Of a stretch of DNA of 64,000 nucleotides, positions 1 through 9,107 are shown piece by piece; position 1 is the stretch's first letter; the number at the start of each line of letters is the position of its first letter. The notes beneath the pieces were generated by a model. That model saw only the letters and a program-made list of their open reading frames with translations, did no database searches and was not told the origin of the DNA. The position numbers and the translations under genes are program-made. Location: positions 4,149-68,148 of the forward strand of contig JAZQBL010000039.1 of NCBI GenBank assembly GCA_045545665.1, in the 5' to 3' direction. Source of the DNA: Eubacteriales bacterium. GTDB taxonomy: Bacteria; Bacillota; Clostridia; Oscillospirales; CAG-272.

Positions 1-52
1 CTTATCCATCGAGCTTTCTATTTTCTTTAAAATATCCATCTATGCTTTCCTA

Positions 53-1129
53 TTAATAAATGAAGCCTTCAGCAGCCAAAAGCTCTGCAATAAGAACTGC
101 ACCGCCTGCCGCGCCTCTGAGCGTGTTGTGTGAAAGACCTACAAACTTATAGTCGTAAACCGTATCTTCGCGGAGTCTTCCCACAGATATGCCCATACCG
201 CCGTAAATATCTCTGTCAAGCTTTGTCTGAGGGCGGTTATCTTCTTCAAAATACGTGATAAACTGTTCGGGAGCGGAGGGCAATTTAAGCTCTTGAGGTT
301 TGCCCGAGTACTCAGCCCACGCCTTGAGGATCTCCTCTTTGGAGGGCTTTTCTTCAAAGCTTATAAATACAGCCGCCATATGTCCGTCGGACACAGGAAC
401 TCTTATGCACTGTGTTGTGATCGTGGGAGTTGATGCAGGAACTATCTTTCCGTCTTCTACCTTACCCCATACGCGGAGGGGTTCTTTTTCGCTCTTTTCC
501 TCTTCGCCGCCGATGTAAGGAATGACGTTGTCTATCATTTCGGGCCACTGAACGAACGTCTTACCTGCGCCCGATATTGCCTGATACGTCGTTGCCACAA
601 CTGTTGTGGGACGGAACTTCAAAAGGGGTGTTATAAGCGGAACGTACGACTGAATGGAGCAGTTGGGCTTTACAGCGATAAAACCTTTCTTTGTTCCGAG
701 GCGTTCCTTCTGGTACTTGATAACTTCCGTATGACAATCGTTTATTTCGGGGATCATCATAGGAACGTCTTCCGTCCAGCGGTTTGCCGAGTTATTGGAA
801 ACGACAACGACCTCAGCCTTTGCGTACTTTTCTTCAAGAGCCTTGATCTCTTCCTTTTTCATATCGACAGCACAGAAAACGAAATCTACCATAGATGCGA
901 CCTTTTCAACGTCTGCTGCATCGTATACTGTCATCTGCTTTGCGTATTCGGGAATATCGCAGGAAAGCTTCCATCTTCCCTCAACTGCCTTTTCATAAGG
1001 CACTCCTGCGCTTCTTGCGCTTGCTGCCAGAGCGCATACTTCAAACATGGGGTGGTTGTCGAGAAGCTGAATAAATCTCTGTCCTACCATACCCGTAGCA
1101 CCGATTATACCTGCTTTGATTTTTGCCAT
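53..1129 (-). CDS. asd: aspartate-semialdehyde dehydrogenase
   Basis: GATGMVGQRF dinucleotide-binding N-terminus, active-site KPNCS, and SHNTLRGAAG near the C-terminus. Start moved to the ATG (MAKIKAG) four codons inside the TTG-started ORF 53..1141. Confidence 0.9.
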   Translation of the reverse strand: MAKIKAGIIGATGMVGQRFIQLLDNHPMFEVCALAASARSAGVPYEKAVEGRWKLSCDIPEYAKQMTVYDAADVEKVASMVDFVFCAVDMKKEEIKALEEKYAKAEVVVVSNNSANRWTEDVPMMIPEINDCHTEVIKYQKERLGTKKGFIAVKPNCSIQSYVPLITPLLKFRPTTVVATTYQAISGAGKTFVQWPEMIDNVIPYIGGEEEKSEKEPLRVWGKVEDGKIVPASTPTITTQCIRVPVSDGHMAAVFISFEEKPSKEEILKAWAEYSGKPQELKLPSAPEQFITYFEEDNRPQTKLDRDIYGGMGISVGRLREDTVYDYKFVGLSHNTLRGAAGGAVLIAELLAAEGFIY

Positions 1130-1247
1130 AGTATATACCAAACCTTTCTGAAAGTGCGATATGCAACAAACTTGTCAAAGCCTTGCTTTTGAAAGAATTG
1201 CATTTCAAAACTTGCACTTTCCACCGTTATTATTTCATTCGGGGAAT

Positions 1248-1276
1248 ATTATAACAATTATAATTTATTTTGTCAA
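1248..1276 (-). promoter_or_regulatory. sigma-70-type promoter upstream of asd
   Basis: Minus strand TTGACA (1276-1271), 17-nt spacer, TATAAT (1253-1248), about 120 nt upstream of the asd start. Confidence 0.5.
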
Positions 1277-1364
1277 CACATATTTGAAAAGAATGTGAGA
1301 TTTTTTTATTATATTCCTGCATTTTCATATATTCTTGCAATTTTGATACGCAGATTTTGCAAGA

Positions 1365-1410
1365 AAACAAAAACCGGCCGCTGACAACAGTTTATGTTAT
1401 CAGCGGCCGT
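1365..1410 (-). terminator. Rho-independent terminator after the DUF1508 gene
   Basis: 10-bp inverted repeat CGGCCGCTGA / TCAGCGGCCG followed on the minus strand by TTTTTGTTTT, 23 nt after the stop at 1433. Confidence 0.6.
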
Positions 1411-1432
1411 TTGTCATTTAAAAAATCTTCAA

Positions 1433-1813
1433 TCAGTCTTCTGCGGGTTCTTCAACAGCAGCATCAACAACGTTCTTGCGTACGCTTTCGATACCGTTGA
1501 GGCAGCTTGCTTTTGCCTTGTAGCCTTCGCTTGCGAGGATGGGCTCACCGTTTCTTGCCTTGAGGCGGAAACGGAATTCACCGGATTTGTCTTCGTAAAC
1601 TTCGAATTTAGGATGCTTTACAGCTTCAACGTTTTCTACTGTCTGATCTTCAACGTTTGCTATCTGCGCATTTTTAGTTACACTTTCAATGCTGTTCTTG
1701 CAGCTTGCAAGGGTTGTGAAAACTTCGCCGCCTATGCCGATAGACTCGCCGTTTCCTGCCTTGAGTGCAAATGTGTAACCTGTTTTTGTTTTGTTAATAA
1801 CAAACTTTCCCAT
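1433..1813 (-). CDS. YegP/DUF1508 (UPF0339) family protein, two tandem repeats
   Basis: 126 aa with two internally similar halves (F.LKAGNGE.I..G.....ASC.N.IESV.KN and FRFRLKARNGEPILASEGY..KASCLNGIESVRKN), typical of DUF1508. Confidence 0.7.
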   Translation of the reverse strand: MGKFVINKTKTGYTFALKAGNGESIGIGGEVFTTLASCKNSIESVTKNAQIANVEDQTVENVEAVKHPKFEVYEDKSGEFRFRLKARNGEPILASEGYKAKASCLNGIESVRKNVVDAAVEEPAED

Positions 1814-1915
1814 TTTGTATATTCCTTTCTTTTACCCCCCAAAAGGAGTATTATTCCCTGTATACAATATTAACATAAAAATCTTATATTGTCAAGAGAA
1901 AAACAGCAAAAGTGC

Positions 1916-3523
1916 TCAATCTCTCCATTTTTCTCTTATTTCTCTTATCTGTGTCATCAGTTTTGTGTTGTCTTTATTCGGTCTGCCGCGTCTGTCTTTA
2001 ACCAGAAGCAGGAGCTTTTCAGCCTCGGAAACGAGGTCGTTATATATCATTTCGGCACGTGTGTTACCCTTGTTTACCGTCTTGCGCTCTATTTCTTTGC
2101 CTTGTGCGTATACGGTCATTATTCCCTCTTTGAGATCGTATTCGGCACCGCTGTACGGCGCTGTTGCTCTGTAACCGTTTTCCGAAAGAAGGTCTCTGAA
2201 ATCTTCGCAAGCATCATCGTCGCCGTGATTGACGAATATAAAGTCGGGTTTGTTTTTAAATCCGTTTACCCAGCGCAAAAGCCCGTCTCTGTCGGCGTGT
2301 CCGCTCGTGCCGTGGAGCGAGCAGATCTCTGCGTTTACCGTTATTTCTTCGCCGAAAAGCGTCACCGTTTTTTCGCCGTCAAGAAGTCTTCTTCCCAAAG
2401 ATCCATCCGTCTGATATCCGACAAAAAGAACGATACTGTTCGCTCTCCACAAATTATGCTTCAAATGGTGGCGTATGCGCCCTGCCTCGCACATTCCGCT
2501 GGCAGAAATGATAACCTTCGGTTCTTCGTTGATATTTATTGCTTTTGATTCGTCCGCTGTTGTGGATATGCGTATACCGTCAAACCAGATCGGATTTATT
2601 CCTTTTTTTATAAGTTCCGTCGTTTCTTCATCAAAGCACACGGGATTGCACTGCATAAATATTGCAGTTGCTTCCGATGCAAGCGGGCTGTCAACGTAAA
2701 CCGGGAAACGGTTGTGGCCTTTAACGAGGTTCTTTTGTTTTATCTCTCTTATTGCATAGAGCATTTCCTGCGTTCTGCCTACGGCAAACGACGGTATTAT
2801 CACGTTTCCGCCGTTGTCAAGAGCCTTCTGAATATATCCTGCAAGTTCGTATACGACGTTGCTCCTGTCGCCCGAGTGTACACGGTTTCCGTAAGTCGAT
2901 TCAATAACGAGATAATCAGCTTCTTCGACCTGTTCGGGATCTTTTATTATACGCTGATCGGTATTTCCGACGTCTCCGCTGAATACTATTTTCTTGCTTA
3001 TGTCGCCTTCGGTAAGCCAGATCTCAATACAAGCCGAGCCGAGAAGATGTCCGATATCGGTAAAACGCACCTCAACACCTTCGCCGACCTTTATTATCTG
3101 TCCGTAATAGCAGGGGCGGAAGCGTGATATTGCGCCCATAGCGTCGTTAAGGTCATACACGGGCTCTGGTGCCGGAACGCCTGCACGTTCAGCTTTTTTA
3201 GCTCTCCATTTTGCTTCGTTTTCCTGGATATGTGCCGAATCACGAAGCATAATATTACAAAGATCGCACGTTACGTCCGTTGCGTATATCAAGCCCTTGA
3301 AACCGTCTTTGTAAAGCTTCGGCAGCATACCCGAGTGGTCGATGTGTGCATGCGTCAAAAACACCGCTTCAACATCGGACGGCGGTATCGGAAGCTCGAC
3401 GTTCTGAAAAACGTCTCTTCCCTGTTCCATTCCGAAATCAACAAGATAATATTTTCCGTTTACTTCAAGCAACGTACAACTTCCCGTTACTTCATGAGTC
3501 GCACCGATAAACTGTATCTTCAT
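1916..3523 (-). CDS. MBL-fold metallo-hydrolase of the beta-CASP RNA-metabolising type
   Basis: 535 aa with the HAHIDHSG (HxHxDH) motif. N-terminus MKIQFIGATHEVTGSC..L and C-terminal GHAD motif are as in beta-CASP ribonucleases. Confidence 0.8.
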   Translation of the reverse strand: MKIQFIGATHEVTGSCTLLEVNGKYYLVDFGMEQGRDVFQNVELPIPPSDVEAVFLTHAHIDHSGMLPKLYKDGFKGLIYATDVTCDLCNIMLRDSAHIQENEAKWRAKKAERAGVPAPEPVYDLNDAMGAISRFRPCYYGQIIKVGEGVEVRFTDIGHLLGSACIEIWLTEGDISKKIVFSGDVGNTDQRIIKDPEQVEEADYLVIESTYGNRVHSGDRSNVVYELAGYIQKALDNGGNVIIPSFAVGRTQEMLYAIREIKQKNLVKGHNRFPVYVDSPLASEATAIFMQCNPVCFDEETTELIKKGINPIWFDGIRISTTADESKAININEEPKVIISASGMCEAGRIRHHLKHNLWRANSIVLFVGYQTDGSLGRRLLDGEKTVTLFGEEITVNAEICSLHGTSGHADRDGLLRWVNGFKNKPDFIFVNHGDDDACEDFRDLLSENGYRATAPYSGAEYDLKEGIMTVYAQGKEIERKTVNKGNTRAEMIYNDLVSEAEKLLLLVKDRRGRPNKDNTKLMTQIREIREKWRD

Positions 3524-3757
3524 TTACATTACCTCCGTTTTTGTTTAATTATTCCCAAGATCATTATATCATACAGAACAGCTCATGTAAAGTAAATTAT
3601 TCTTTACATTTTTTATTTTTGACATTAACATATCCAAAAGATAGGGTCTACTCATATCCTTTGGAAAATAATAAGCATCGCAGAATGCTTCGATATCATT
3701 TGGCAATGCTCTTGCAATATACTGAATTTTGGAAAGCGTAGTTGTTCGTATCGTGTA

Positions 3758-3886
3758 GCGTTGCGTTTGTCTGCTCAAGCACAGGTCTATCAGAAAAATT
3801 CCCGAAATTTTTAAGAGCTTGGAGCATCCCAACGGGCACCGCTTTTCGAACTTAGGAAGTAAAAGCAGTCTTCGCTGACGTAACGC
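3758..3886. repeat. copy 1 of a conserved ~70-nt element with self-complementary flanks
   Basis: Core 3763-3833 aligns at roughly 75% with 14007-14078. Flanking arms GCGTTGCG (3758-3765) and CGTAACGC (3879-3886) can pair. Nature unresolved. Confidence 0.4.
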
Positions 3887-4042
3887 AGACTTTTTTCGAG
3901 ATGAACCATTTTATCCGCTCCTTCTGTTTCAGCAGGTGAGATTTGCAGGAGATTCTCGCACTGAATTTAAATAATGACTTGATTTGAGCAAGCATGATTC
4001 TTTGGCAAACGCTATATCTGTATAAATGCTACTCTATATTTA

Positions 4043-4237
4043 TTAGGTGTACTTTATATGTAACCATTTATCATCGAATAAACTTTTTGCCAAACAGTCT
4101 TCGTGGCAAAACAAGTCTTGTGAAGGATTTTCAGTCGCTTCATCTTGATTGGATTTTTGTACAGTCAAAACATATTGCGGAAATTCCTTGATTTCCTTTC
4201 CACAAAAACAACAACATTTTTTCATCATCATTATCAC
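4043..4237 (-). CDS. small Cys-rich (zinc-ribbon-like) hypothetical protein
   Basis: 64-aa ORF with KKCCCFCGKEI ... FCHEDCL. Overlaps the upstream ORF by 98 nt. No strong RBS. Confidence 0.35.
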   Translation of the reverse strand: MIMMMKKCCCFCGKEIKEFPQYVLTVQKSNQDEATENPSQDLFCHEDCLAKSLFDDKWLHIKYT

Positions 4238-4385
4238 CCATAATTTTTCGCCAAATTTTCAAGCCTTGCTTTGTTACTTCTCTTATAAAAGTAATTATTT
4301 CACCGACATTATTTTCAACTGTAATATTGTATTTGCCATTATCAATGACTCGAATATAAACTTTCGCACCGCAGTAACACCGCAT
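4140..4385 (-). CDS. hypothetical small protein
   Basis: ORF 4140..4409 trimmed to the first ATG (MRCYCGAKVYIRVIDNGKYNITVENN...). Its 3' part overlaps the next ORF in another frame. Confidence 0.35.
   Translation of the reverse strand: MRCYCGAKVYIRVIDNGKYNITVENNVGEIITFIREVTKQGLKIWRKIMGDNDDEKMLLFLWKGNQGISAICFDCTKIQSR
4198..4383. repeat. direct repeat, intact copy (partner 7688-7862)
   Basis: By-eye alignment with 7688-7862: near-identical apart from scattered substitutions and an ~11-nt deletion in the partner. Confidence 0.75.
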
Positions 4386-4550
4386 TCCGGCTACAAACTG
4401 TATCAGCAAGTGTACCTGTTACGGACTATCCCTCAGTCTTTTGCTTTGCAAAATCCACCTTTCTTTACACAAGAGAGGATTTTTTGTCACTTCGCAATCT
4501 TTTCGTCTCCCGGTGATAAAACCGGGGTGATTTCCACGCCTTAAGGCGCC

Positions 4551-4584
4551 AAAAAACACAGTCGGAACTTTCGTCCGACTGTGT
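4551..4584 (-). terminator. Rho-independent terminator
   Basis: ACACAGTCGGA / TCCGACTGTGT stem followed on the minus strand by TTTTTT, 10 nt after the stop at 4594. Confidence 0.65.
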
Positions 4585-4593
4585 TAAAATTAT

Positions 4594-6882
4594 TTATTTC
4601 GAAGAAGGTATTTCGTACTCAATAATGAGTTCAAACTTCGTCTTTTTCTTTGCAGAATATATTGCAACTTCATCGTCGCTAACTTTCTGTATGTAAATGG
4701 TATTATTTACAAACGCAGAAGCGATTCCAACATCATCTGCAACCTTCTGCTTTTCCTTGCCGTTACGGCTGGAATAGAGTGTACCTGTTTCGTCATCGGC
4801 AACATCAGCTATGAAGAGGAGGTAATCGTCATGCGTCATAGTCATTCTTTCAGCATCGTCTGCTATCTTCTTGGGTTCACCCGTTTTCTTTACGTAGCGG
4901 AGTGTTTCATCTTCGTCGATGAAATAGCATTTTTCGCCATCTGACGTAATTTCAAATGATGTAACATCACTTGCAATTTCAACGTATCCTTCTTCGCTGT
5001 AACCGTTTCCGCGATAAAGATCACCGGAATCGCTCAACGAGTAAACCTGAAGGAAATAAACAACTTCAGCAGTAGGTGTCGTTTCGAAACTGGATACATA
5101 ATTCTCTATCTTGTGTGTTTCGCATTTATCGTCGAGATAGTAAAGTGTGTGGTCTTCATTAGCTATGAAGTACTGTTCAAGTAAGCTTTCCATAGGCAAC
5201 GTCAAACAATTTGAACCACTTGATACTTCGGAGTTATACTTGTTGTATCCCATCTTATCGATTCTGATACCGTCCGAAGTTATCTTTACCTTTTCTCCGC
5301 CATCTTCGGAAAAATAAACGTCATTACCTTCGCCGAAAATCGCCTGCGTATGATCTGTATTGAGGCACATAGTAGGAAGATTGTTTACATCATTAAGGAT
5401 CTTAACTGATTCCTTTCCGTCCTTCTGTACGTAAACAGCCTTCTTTTCAACATTAAAATAGTAAGCAAGTTTTGCTTTGTTTGATATTGCAAGAGGTCTA
5501 AGTCCGTCACCGTCTTCATATTCTTCAGCCTTGCCGCCGGAATATGTAAACATTGTATATTCATGTTCGCCGTCTTTGATTTCACATTCAGCATAAGCTA
5601 CAGTCTTACCATCAGGAGATACACATATAGATTCAACCTTTTCATCCGTGATGGATTCTGCTTTTTCATCTTTGATAACGTAATGGAAAAGCTCTTGTTC
5701 TTCTCCGGCTTTATCAGTAACAACATAAACAAGTGCTGTACCCTCGGATGCGAGATATACATCTTCTATGTTATCTTCTTCAGCAACAGTAAGGAGCTTC
5801 TTGCCGGTATATACGTACAATACGTCCTCTTTTTCGCCGTCAACAACAAACGCTTTGGTTTTGCCGTTAATAGATGTTCTCTCAATAGAAGCTTCACCCT
5901 CTACAGTAGATTCTACAACCTTACCGTCAACAATAATCAATGTTTCTTCCTTATCGGGATCATACGACAGAAGTATAGACTTCTCGGGGATGACATATTT
6001 TGTTGCTTTGGGCCATGCGGCAATAACGATAATTATAAGAACGAGCAAAAGCAACGCGGCGCCCGCTATAATTCCGATACGCTTTATCAAAGCAGGATTT
6101 TCCTTTACAAAGCTGCTTGCTTTGTTTGCAGTATTTGAAAAGAAATCTTTAACTTTAGTAAAATCAATGTTTGTTGCAGCGCCGTCTTCGTCATCGTTGT
6201 TTGCTGCGGCCGCTACAGTTGCTGCTGTTGCCGCTGTTGCTGTCGCTGCAGCCCCTGCGTAGAAGGCAGCGTTATTCGCATCATCGTCGCTATATGCATC
6301 CATATTATTGTCAACTGCATAACCGTTGTTAGGCTGAACTGCGGGCTGGTTTTTAACCATAGGGCCAAACAATTTAAGAGCAACAAAAACAATTATAGGG
6401 AACAAAAGCATGATGTACATACCAAATCCGGGTCTTACACCAATTGTAATTCCCCACATTTTTTCGCGTACAACGATTAAAGTTATAAACGAAAAGATTG
6501 CAGCAAGAACATTGATGCCGATATAACTAAGTATTGCGATCGTTGAGATCTTGTTTATCAACTTAGTATTCAAAGCAGGGAGAACATTAGTACCTGCAGA
6601 TGTTGCTTTGAATGCGCCAAATAAGCCGAAAAGTATCATAAGGATACTCAACACAAGGAGAATAATAACAAGGACCGATGTAAATGCGAGAGTAAAAGAT
6701 GAAGAGTCTGAAAGGTCACTGGCAGCAGTCATAAACTTGTACCCGTTGACACCCTCTGACATCTTTTCACTCCCATAGCTCGCATAAGCAACCGCATAGT
6801 TGAAACACATGAGAATGAAGTTGAACACACCTATCACGAAACATGCAAGTGGGTTCAAAAGTTTTTTGAGATTGATTGACAT
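4594..6882 (-). CDS. multi-pass membrane protein with low-complexity Ala/Thr/Asn linker and extracytoplasmic beta-propeller-like (TolB/DUF5050-like) C-terminal region
   Basis: Start set to the ATG at 6882 (MSINLKKLL), preceded by GAAAGGAAA. Several hydrophobic helices in the first ~210 aa, then an AAATATAATAATVAAAANNDDEDG linker and another TM. Repeated SPDGK / DG..I.. strands follow. Confidence 0.7.
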   Translation of the reverse strand: MSINLKKLLNPLACFVIGVFNFILMCFNYAVAYASYGSEKMSEGVNGYKFMTAASDLSDSSSFTLAFTSVLVIILLVLSILMILFGLFGAFKATSAGTNVLPALNTKLINKISTIAILSYIGINVLAAIFSFITLIVVREKMWGITIGVRPGFGMYIMLLFPIIVFVALKLFGPMVKNQPAVQPNNGYAVDNNMDAYSDDDANNAAFYAGAAATATAATAATVAAAANNDDEDGAATNIDFTKVKDFFSNTANKASSFVKENPALIKRIGIIAGAALLLLVLIIIVIAAWPKATKYVIPEKSILLSYDPDKEETLIIVDGKVVESTVEGEASIERTSINGKTKAFVVDGEKEDVLYVYTGKKLLTVAEEDNIEDVYLASEGTALVYVVTDKAGEEQELFHYVIKDEKAESITDEKVESICVSPDGKTVAYAECEIKDGEHEYTMFTYSGGKAEEYEDGDGLRPLAISNKAKLAYYFNVEKKAVYVQKDGKESVKILNDVNNLPTMCLNTDHTQAIFGEGNDVYFSEDGGEKVKITSDGIRIDKMGYNKYNSEVSSGSNCLTLPMESLLEQYFIANEDHTLYYLDDKCETHKIENYVSSFETTPTAEVVYFLQVYSLSDSGDLYRGNGYSEEGYVEIASDVTSFEITSDGEKCYFIDEDETLRYVKKTGEPKKIADDAERMTMTHDDYLLFIADVADDETGTLYSSRNGKEKQKVADDVGIASAFVNNTIYIQKVSDDEVAIYSAKKKTKFELIIEYEIPSSK

Positions 6883-6972
6883 GACGTTTTCCTTTCTTTC
6901 AGTAAAAATAAAAATGAATAATAATGAACGAAGGTCAACACTTTTATTGTGCAAAAACCTACATTTTTTTGC

Positions 6973-7001
6973 ATTATAACACACCTTTCTTTTAATGTCA
7001 A
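6973..7001 (-). promoter_or_regulatory. consensus sigma-70-type promoter
   Basis: Minus strand TTGACA (7001-6996), 17-nt spacer, TATAAT (6978-6973), ~90 nt upstream of the 6882 start. Confidence 0.6.
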
Positions 7002-7127
7002 CAATTAATTAACTTTTTCTTGAGTAATTTTAATATTTTTCTACTTTTTTCGAACATATCTTTTAAATCTTTTTATTCTCTTTTGCATACAGTAATGTTT
7101 CTACAAATTGATTTCTCGTCTTCTTTC

Positions 7128-7165
7128 GAAATAAACAAGCCGATCTTAAAAAGTCAAGATCGGCT
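7128..7165 (-). terminator. Rho-independent terminator
   Basis: 10-bp stem AGCCGATCTT / AAGATCGGCT, followed on the minus strand by a T-rich run, downstream of the 7241 stop. Confidence 0.55.
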
Positions 7166-7240
7166 GCCCGGAAATGGTTTATGGCAAAAAAGCAACAAAC
7201 ATTCAGTGTAGAGCGAAAACTTAAAACATACAAAAACAGC

Positions 7241-7609
7241 TTATTTTTTCAAAAGCCATGAAACAATTGAAAAAATAACAAAATCGACCAGAACTAAACA
7301 AATATGGAACATCACCAAAATTCCAATAATATTTGCAGAATAATTTGCGAAAAAACAAATAATCGAATTCACAGGACCAAGAAATGCAAAAAACAGAGAT
7401 AGTATAAGTTCAAAGTAATAATACCGAGGGATCTTTCGTTTTTTAAGATGAAATACAGTCCTTACCCATCTTGCGGGAATAACATATCCTTTAGGATAAC
7501 GTGATGAATTAGTCCTGATCCTTTCTATCATTCCTATCGCTGAATTCTTGCAACACATACTTGACAAAAAAGAAAGTCCCAGAAACATAAATGTACATTC
7601 AACGTCCAT
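7241..7609 (-). CDS. hypothetical membrane protein
   Basis: 122-aa ORF with three or four hydrophobic segments. No recognisable motif. Confidence 0.5.
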   Translation of the reverse strand: MDVECTFMFLGLSFLSSMCCKNSAIGMIERIRTNSSRYPKGYVIPARWVRTVFHLKKRKIPRYYYFELILSLFFAFLGPVNSIICFFANYSANIIGILVMFHICLVLVDFVIFSIVSWLLKK

Positions 7610-7687
7610 ATTTAAACCTCATTGAATTTCCACGAGCTCGGGCGGGCACTCAAAAAACATTATAGCAGCTACGCCATAATGTTGATT

Positions 7688-7862
7688 TTCCACAAAACAA
7701 CAACATTTTTTCATCATCATTATCACCAATAATTTTTCGCCAAATTTTCAAACCTTGCTTTGTTACTTTCTTCATAAAAATAATTATTTCACCGACATTG
7801 CTTTCATGTATTTGCCATTGTTAATGGCTCGAATATAAACTTTAGCGCCGCAGTACCACCGC
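7688..7862 (-). pseudogene. degenerate partial copy of the 4140-4385 / 4237 small-gene pair
   Basis: Aligns with 4198-4383. An ~11-nt deletion puts the RWYCGAKVYIRAINNGKY frame into an early stop. Only the first ~10 codons of the Cys-rich ORF are retained. Confidence 0.6.
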
Positions 7863-7917
7863 CTTGCATTGATTTAATACAATTTCGTCTTTTTCTATTC
7901 AATTCACGGTTTTTATG

Positions 7918-8751
7918 CTAACCATTCATCTGTTCTCTTCTCTTTGCGCCATTGGATATTAATAATTCCGTCAGTTGGTCCACTTGTTCCTGTGCTGATC
8001 CGTTAGGATTGGATATTGCAAAATCCAACGCAGTCCATCCACCCTTTGCCGGTTCATTCACCTTTACTTTTTGATTCAATAAAAGAGCAGTAATTTCGAC
8101 GCTTCCAACAACTACCGCACAATGAAGTGCAGTATTTTGATAAATATCTTTAACATTTACATCTGCTCCTAATTCAACTATTCTTTTAACCAGTTCAAAA
8201 CGATTGGCGATACAAGCGTGAATCAAAGAGGTTCTGCCATCGTGACCACACATATCAACACACGGGAGCTTCATAACCATTTCAATAATTTCCGTATCTG
8301 TATATGCTGTTCCCTCGCTTGAAGCCTTCATCATATCTGAAATCGTATCGATTTCATTTCGAGGCTTGGCATCAATCTGTTTCTTTCTGAACTTAGTGAT
8401 ACTACCGCTAATATCAAATTCACAAATCATTGATTTCTTGGGAATATTACGTGCAATAGAAACCAAAGTATCAATTGCTTTTTCACCATGAATATTCGCA
8501 TGCAAGCAAATAAAACCGGCACATAATCTTGTCTTGGGATCGTCATCCTCTAACCATTTCAGCAACAAATCAGAGTAGAGTGATGGATCGGCAATCACTC
8601 GATCCGTCAAACCTCCCAATGCTGTCACTGCGCGGTTATGTCTGCCTGCAGAACCTTTTTCGAGAGTATCTTTCGAATACAAATTATACCTTGATGAATG
8701 CAGCAAAAACGATTTTTTAAATCTATCTAATTTTTTCTCCGAATCATTCAT
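7918..8751 (-). CDS. ankyrin-repeat protein with helical N-terminal region
   Basis: Ankyrin repeats GRTSLIHACIANRFELVKRIVELGADVN, NTALHCAVVVGSVEITALLLNQKVKVN, GWTALDFAI. A TATAAT at 8812-8807 lies on the first ORF codons, so the start was moved to MNDSEKK (8751) behind GGAAGAG. Confidence 0.75.
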   Translation of the reverse strand: MNDSEKKLDRFKKSFLLHSSRYNLYSKDTLEKGSAGRHNRAVTALGGLTDRVIADPSLYSDLLLKWLEDDDPKTRLCAGFICLHANIHGEKAIDTLVSIARNIPKKSMICEFDISGSITKFRKKQIDAKPRNEIDTISDMMKASSEGTAYTDTEIIEMVMKLPCVDMCGHDGRTSLIHACIANRFELVKRIVELGADVNVKDIYQNTALHCAVVVGSVEITALLLNQKVKVNEPAKGGWTALDFAISNPNGSAQEQVDQLTELLISNGAKRREQMNG

Positions 8752-9049
8752 ATTTTTCTCTTCCAACATTATGTATATTTTTAATAAAAACATAATTTGC
8801 GTTACCATTATAGCACAGTTTTTTTAAGCTGTCAACATTTCCATTTTATGTCAAAAACAATTACACCCGTTGCGAATCTGCCGCAAATCCTATCGTTATC
8901 CGCCGAACATAAACAAAGCTGCGCTGATAGTTAAATGCGACCGATAAAGAAGCATCACTCATATCAGAAGCTTCGATTTAAACCGGTGCAAAGTTTTGAA
9001 CAGATCTCAATTTTTGAAAAATATTTCTCGGTTTATTTTTCAAAACGTA

Positions 9050-9078
9050 TTGAAATTCCCTTCCGAAAGCGATATAAT
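9050..9078 (+). promoter_or_regulatory. sigma-70-type promoter of pyk
   Basis: TTGAAA (9050-9055), 17-nt spacer, TATAAT (9073-9078). Confidence 0.55.
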
Positions 9079-9107
9079 ATTTTATGTATAAACTTCGGAG
9101 GGAATAT

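Noticed and set aside
1142-1247. Lysine riboswitch or T-box leader in front of asd.
   Set aside because: The ~105-nt leader has an 8-bp helix (GAAAGTGC...GCACTTTC). It lacks the L-box core sequences and any T-box specifier/T-box motif, and it is too short for either.
3569-3832. 87-aa minus-strand ORF listed in the ORF track.
   Set aside because: TTG start, no RBS, odd composition. Its 5' part coincides with the repeated ~70-nt element, whose similarity to the second copy is equally good in several frames.
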